Made by a program: the position numbers and the translations under genes. This document shows, piece after piece, positions 61,921 through 64,000 of a DNA stretch of 64,000 nt; positions within the stretch are counted from its first letter, which is position 1, and each line of letters begins with the position of its first letter. The stretch lies in the NCBI GenBank assembly GCA_028534125.1, contig CM052818.1:34226001-34290000 (forward strand). The letters are read 5' to 3'. This DNA is from Lama glama. Lineage: Eukaryota. The notes under the pieces were generated by a model that made no database searches, was not told the DNA's origin, and was given only the letters and a program-made list of their open reading frames with translations.

Positions 61921-62307
61921 TGTGATGGTTAGTTTTTTGTGTCCATTTGGCTAGGCTGTAGTAGCCAGTTACTCAATCAAACAAAGCTCTATGTGTTGCT
62001 CGGAAGGTATTTTATAGATGTGGTTAACATCTACAATCAGTTGACTTTAAGTAAAGGAGGTTTTCCTTGAAAATGTGAGATGGCCACATAGAATCAGTTG
62101 AAAAGCCTTAAGAGACAAACTAAGGATTCCCAGAGGAAGAAGAAATTCTGCCTTAAGACTAACCATTACAGGGTCCGTGCAACTTCAGTTCCCACCTGAG
62201 AGTTTCCAGTCTGCTGGCCTGTCTACACACATCAGACTTGCCAGCCCCGACAATCACGTAAGCCAATCCTTATTGGTTCTTTCTCTGGAGAAACCCCGAC
62301 TTATATA
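61921..62307 (+). mobile_element. MLT2-family (ERV-L) solo LTR inserted into a MIR
   Basis: tgtgatggttagttttt...ggctaggct...acaatcagttgactttaagtaaagga...ttctctggagaaaccccgacttatata; 5-bp TSD-like gaccc (61916-61920) / gactc (62308-62312); MIR sequence continues to about 62500. Confidence 0.85.
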
Positions 62308-62984
62308 GACTCTCAGCAGACTTCTGGGGTTTAAAGCTTGGCTCTGCCACTTCCCTAGCTGGGTGGTTTCTGTACCTCAATTGCTTCAGCTGTAAAATGG
62401 GATAACAACAGTATTGTAGAACTAGATTGTATTTAGCTCATAGGAACAAGAACCACACACGGCACAGAATAAGTGCTTTGAAAGTGTTTGTTAAATAAGT
62501 AATTCTGTGCTACCAAGTTTATTTCTTAGCTGGAAAAGGTGAGATATCTTTATTCTCAACAATTTGCCATCAACCAAACACAATCACTCTTTCCTACACC
62601 AAGAACAGAACAGCCTTGAAATGATAGCATCTCACCCATTATGGATGCTTCATTGTTCCTTTAGATGGTGTAGGAGCAGGGTGAGTTGCCAGGCCAACTC
62701 TATCTACAGGGATGATTTGGCAAACCTGGGGTCAAAGCTCCTCTGGAACATACTTAACCCTGTAGGATTTCAGATGCTGAAAACAGTTGTGCTTAAAGGG
62801 CTCAGAGTCAGTATAGAGTTATTCCTACTTTTTGCAAGAGTGGGAGTTTCAGAAAGGGGTCCTAATCATTCTTTCTGTTCTTACTGTTGATACCCCACAG
62901 CAGCTTGCCCTGGTTGGGATGAAAGATTAACAGGGGTATCAAAATGTTGCCTTTGTGGACACACCTTCTAGAGGGAGACTATGC

Positions 62985-63200
62985 TGATGGTGCGAATGGT
63001 GACCACACTTATCGGGCATTTCCCAGATGCCAGACTCTACTCTCAGCGCTATACATATATTAATTCATGGAAGCCCCATCATATGAAAAAATTGAGCCCC
63101 TGTGAGAAAAGTAAGTCGCCTAAGGATAGACGGACAGAAAATGGCAGAGTTGGGATTTGAGACCAGGCTTTTTTGGCTCAAACCCAGGCTCTCCCTCCTA
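62985..63200 (-). mobile_element. MIR SINE
   Basis: acacttatcgggcatttcccagatgccagac...aagtaagtcgcctaagg...aaatggcagagttgggatttgagaccagg. Confidence 0.65.
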
Positions 63201-63370
63201 TGTACATTGCCTGAGTCTGGATTGTAAGGAGGGAGTCCAGGTGGGAGGAGGCAAGGCAACAAGCACAAAACTGGGCTGTGATTGATGGGAGGGTGTGAGG
63301 GGCTCAGAGGACGCTATGGTTAAGTCCATTTATTTTAAACTGAAGAAATTTCAAAGATTGAAATACAAAA

Positions 63371-63485
63371 GGGGGAGGGTATAGCTCAAATGGCAGAGTG
63401 CATGATGCACGAGGTCCTGGGTTCAATCCCCAGTACCTCCTCTAAAAATAAAGAAATAAATAAACTTAATTACACCCCCCAAAAA
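63371..63485 (+). mobile_element. vic-1-type SINE, long form
   Basis: gggggagggtatagctcaaatggcagagtgcatg-atgcacgaggtcctgggttcaatccccagtacctcc...taaacttaattacacccccc. Confidence 0.9.
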
Positions 63486-63574
63486 GAAATAGAACAAATC
63501 ATAAAGAGTATTCTTCCATGAATTTCTTTTGAAGTATATGTGTCTGCTTTTGTACCTAAATATCAAAGTTCATT

Positions 63575-63620
63575 AAAGATTCATACCATAGCAAAAAAAA
63601 AAAAAAGATTCATACCATAG
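63575..63620 (+). mobile_element. Poly(A)-only retrotransposition scar with 17-bp TSD
   Basis: aaagattcataccatag (63575-63591) + c(A)11 + aaagattcataccatag (63604-63620), at a TT/AAAG site. Confidence 0.8.
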
Positions 63621-64000
63621 TATTTGACCCTTTCATCTTCATATTAAAAATTTAAGGCAAATTGATCTTGAAATTATTTCTTATTTATTCACTAACAGTG
63701 CAAGGAAATTTAACACCCTCTTACTTGTTATTCTCATTTGATTTCATTTTACACCAACTTCTCCCTACAGGTTTTCACATTGACAAAGATTTCCTGTATT
63801 ATTGTTCTCCTTCAGGCTCCTGTGAAATAGTCTTAGAAGACTTTTCTGAAATATTTTCCCATAGCTCAGAAAACAAAAATGTATGAACAGGATCAAATTC
63901 TATCAGAATTTGGTTAGTTTTTACACCAGAAAGAGATTGGGTCTTACATTCACTTTTCTAATAATACCAACTCTCTGGCTCTCAATATTTATCTAAGTCC

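Larger units (their letters stand above)
1..64000 (-). other. DPYSL5: DPYSL5 (dihydropyrimidinase-like 5 / CRMP5) gene body, partial: putative intron 1 through the intron after codon 263
   Basis: Six exons splice in frame into MLANSASVRILIKGGKVVNDD...GDVIATAKMQG, near-identical to human CRMP5 as recalled. Extension to 64000 is inferred from the long mammalian intron 1 and the absence of a CpG island or first exon in the window. Confidence 0.9.

Noticed and set aside
3811..63445. tRNA-Ala genes at the SINE heads
   Set aside because: A/B boxes are present, but each has an A-rich tail, most have TSDs, and stems are mutated. These are SINE copies, not tRNA genes.
1..64000. CRISPR arrays, operons, defence systems or another novel multi-gene system
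   Set aside because: The sequence is mammalian intron/exon DNA. I saw no regularly spaced repeat-spacer array and no second protein-coding gene.

Overview
Mammalian genomic DNA, very likely from a camelid (camel/alpaca/vicuna), judged from nine copies of a tRNA-Ala-derived vic-1-type SINE. The window lies within the minus-strand DPYSL5 (CRMP5) gene. Six coding exons are resolved to the base (codons 1-263 plus 1 nt): 30403-30663, 7608-7766, 5459-5638, 4591-4659, 2687-2731 and 779-854. The remaining 3' exons lie left of position 1. The non-coding first exon and promoter were not seen and probably lie beyond 64000. The rest is intron filled with LINE-1, L2, MIR, MER DNA transposons and solo LTRs, plus one 500-N assembly gap inside an L1. 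The most noteworthy items are a GC-AG intron after the third coding exon, a U6 snRNA/L1 chimeric retrocopy in a nested insertion stack, a SINE that appears to carry a transduced L1 segment, a poly(A)-only insertion with a perfect 17-bp TSD, and inverted SINE pairs flanking exons. I found no convincing undescribed biological system, and almost all ORFs in the track are spurious. Repeat family names come from recalled consensus features rather than a database search, and repeat boundaries without TSDs are approximate.
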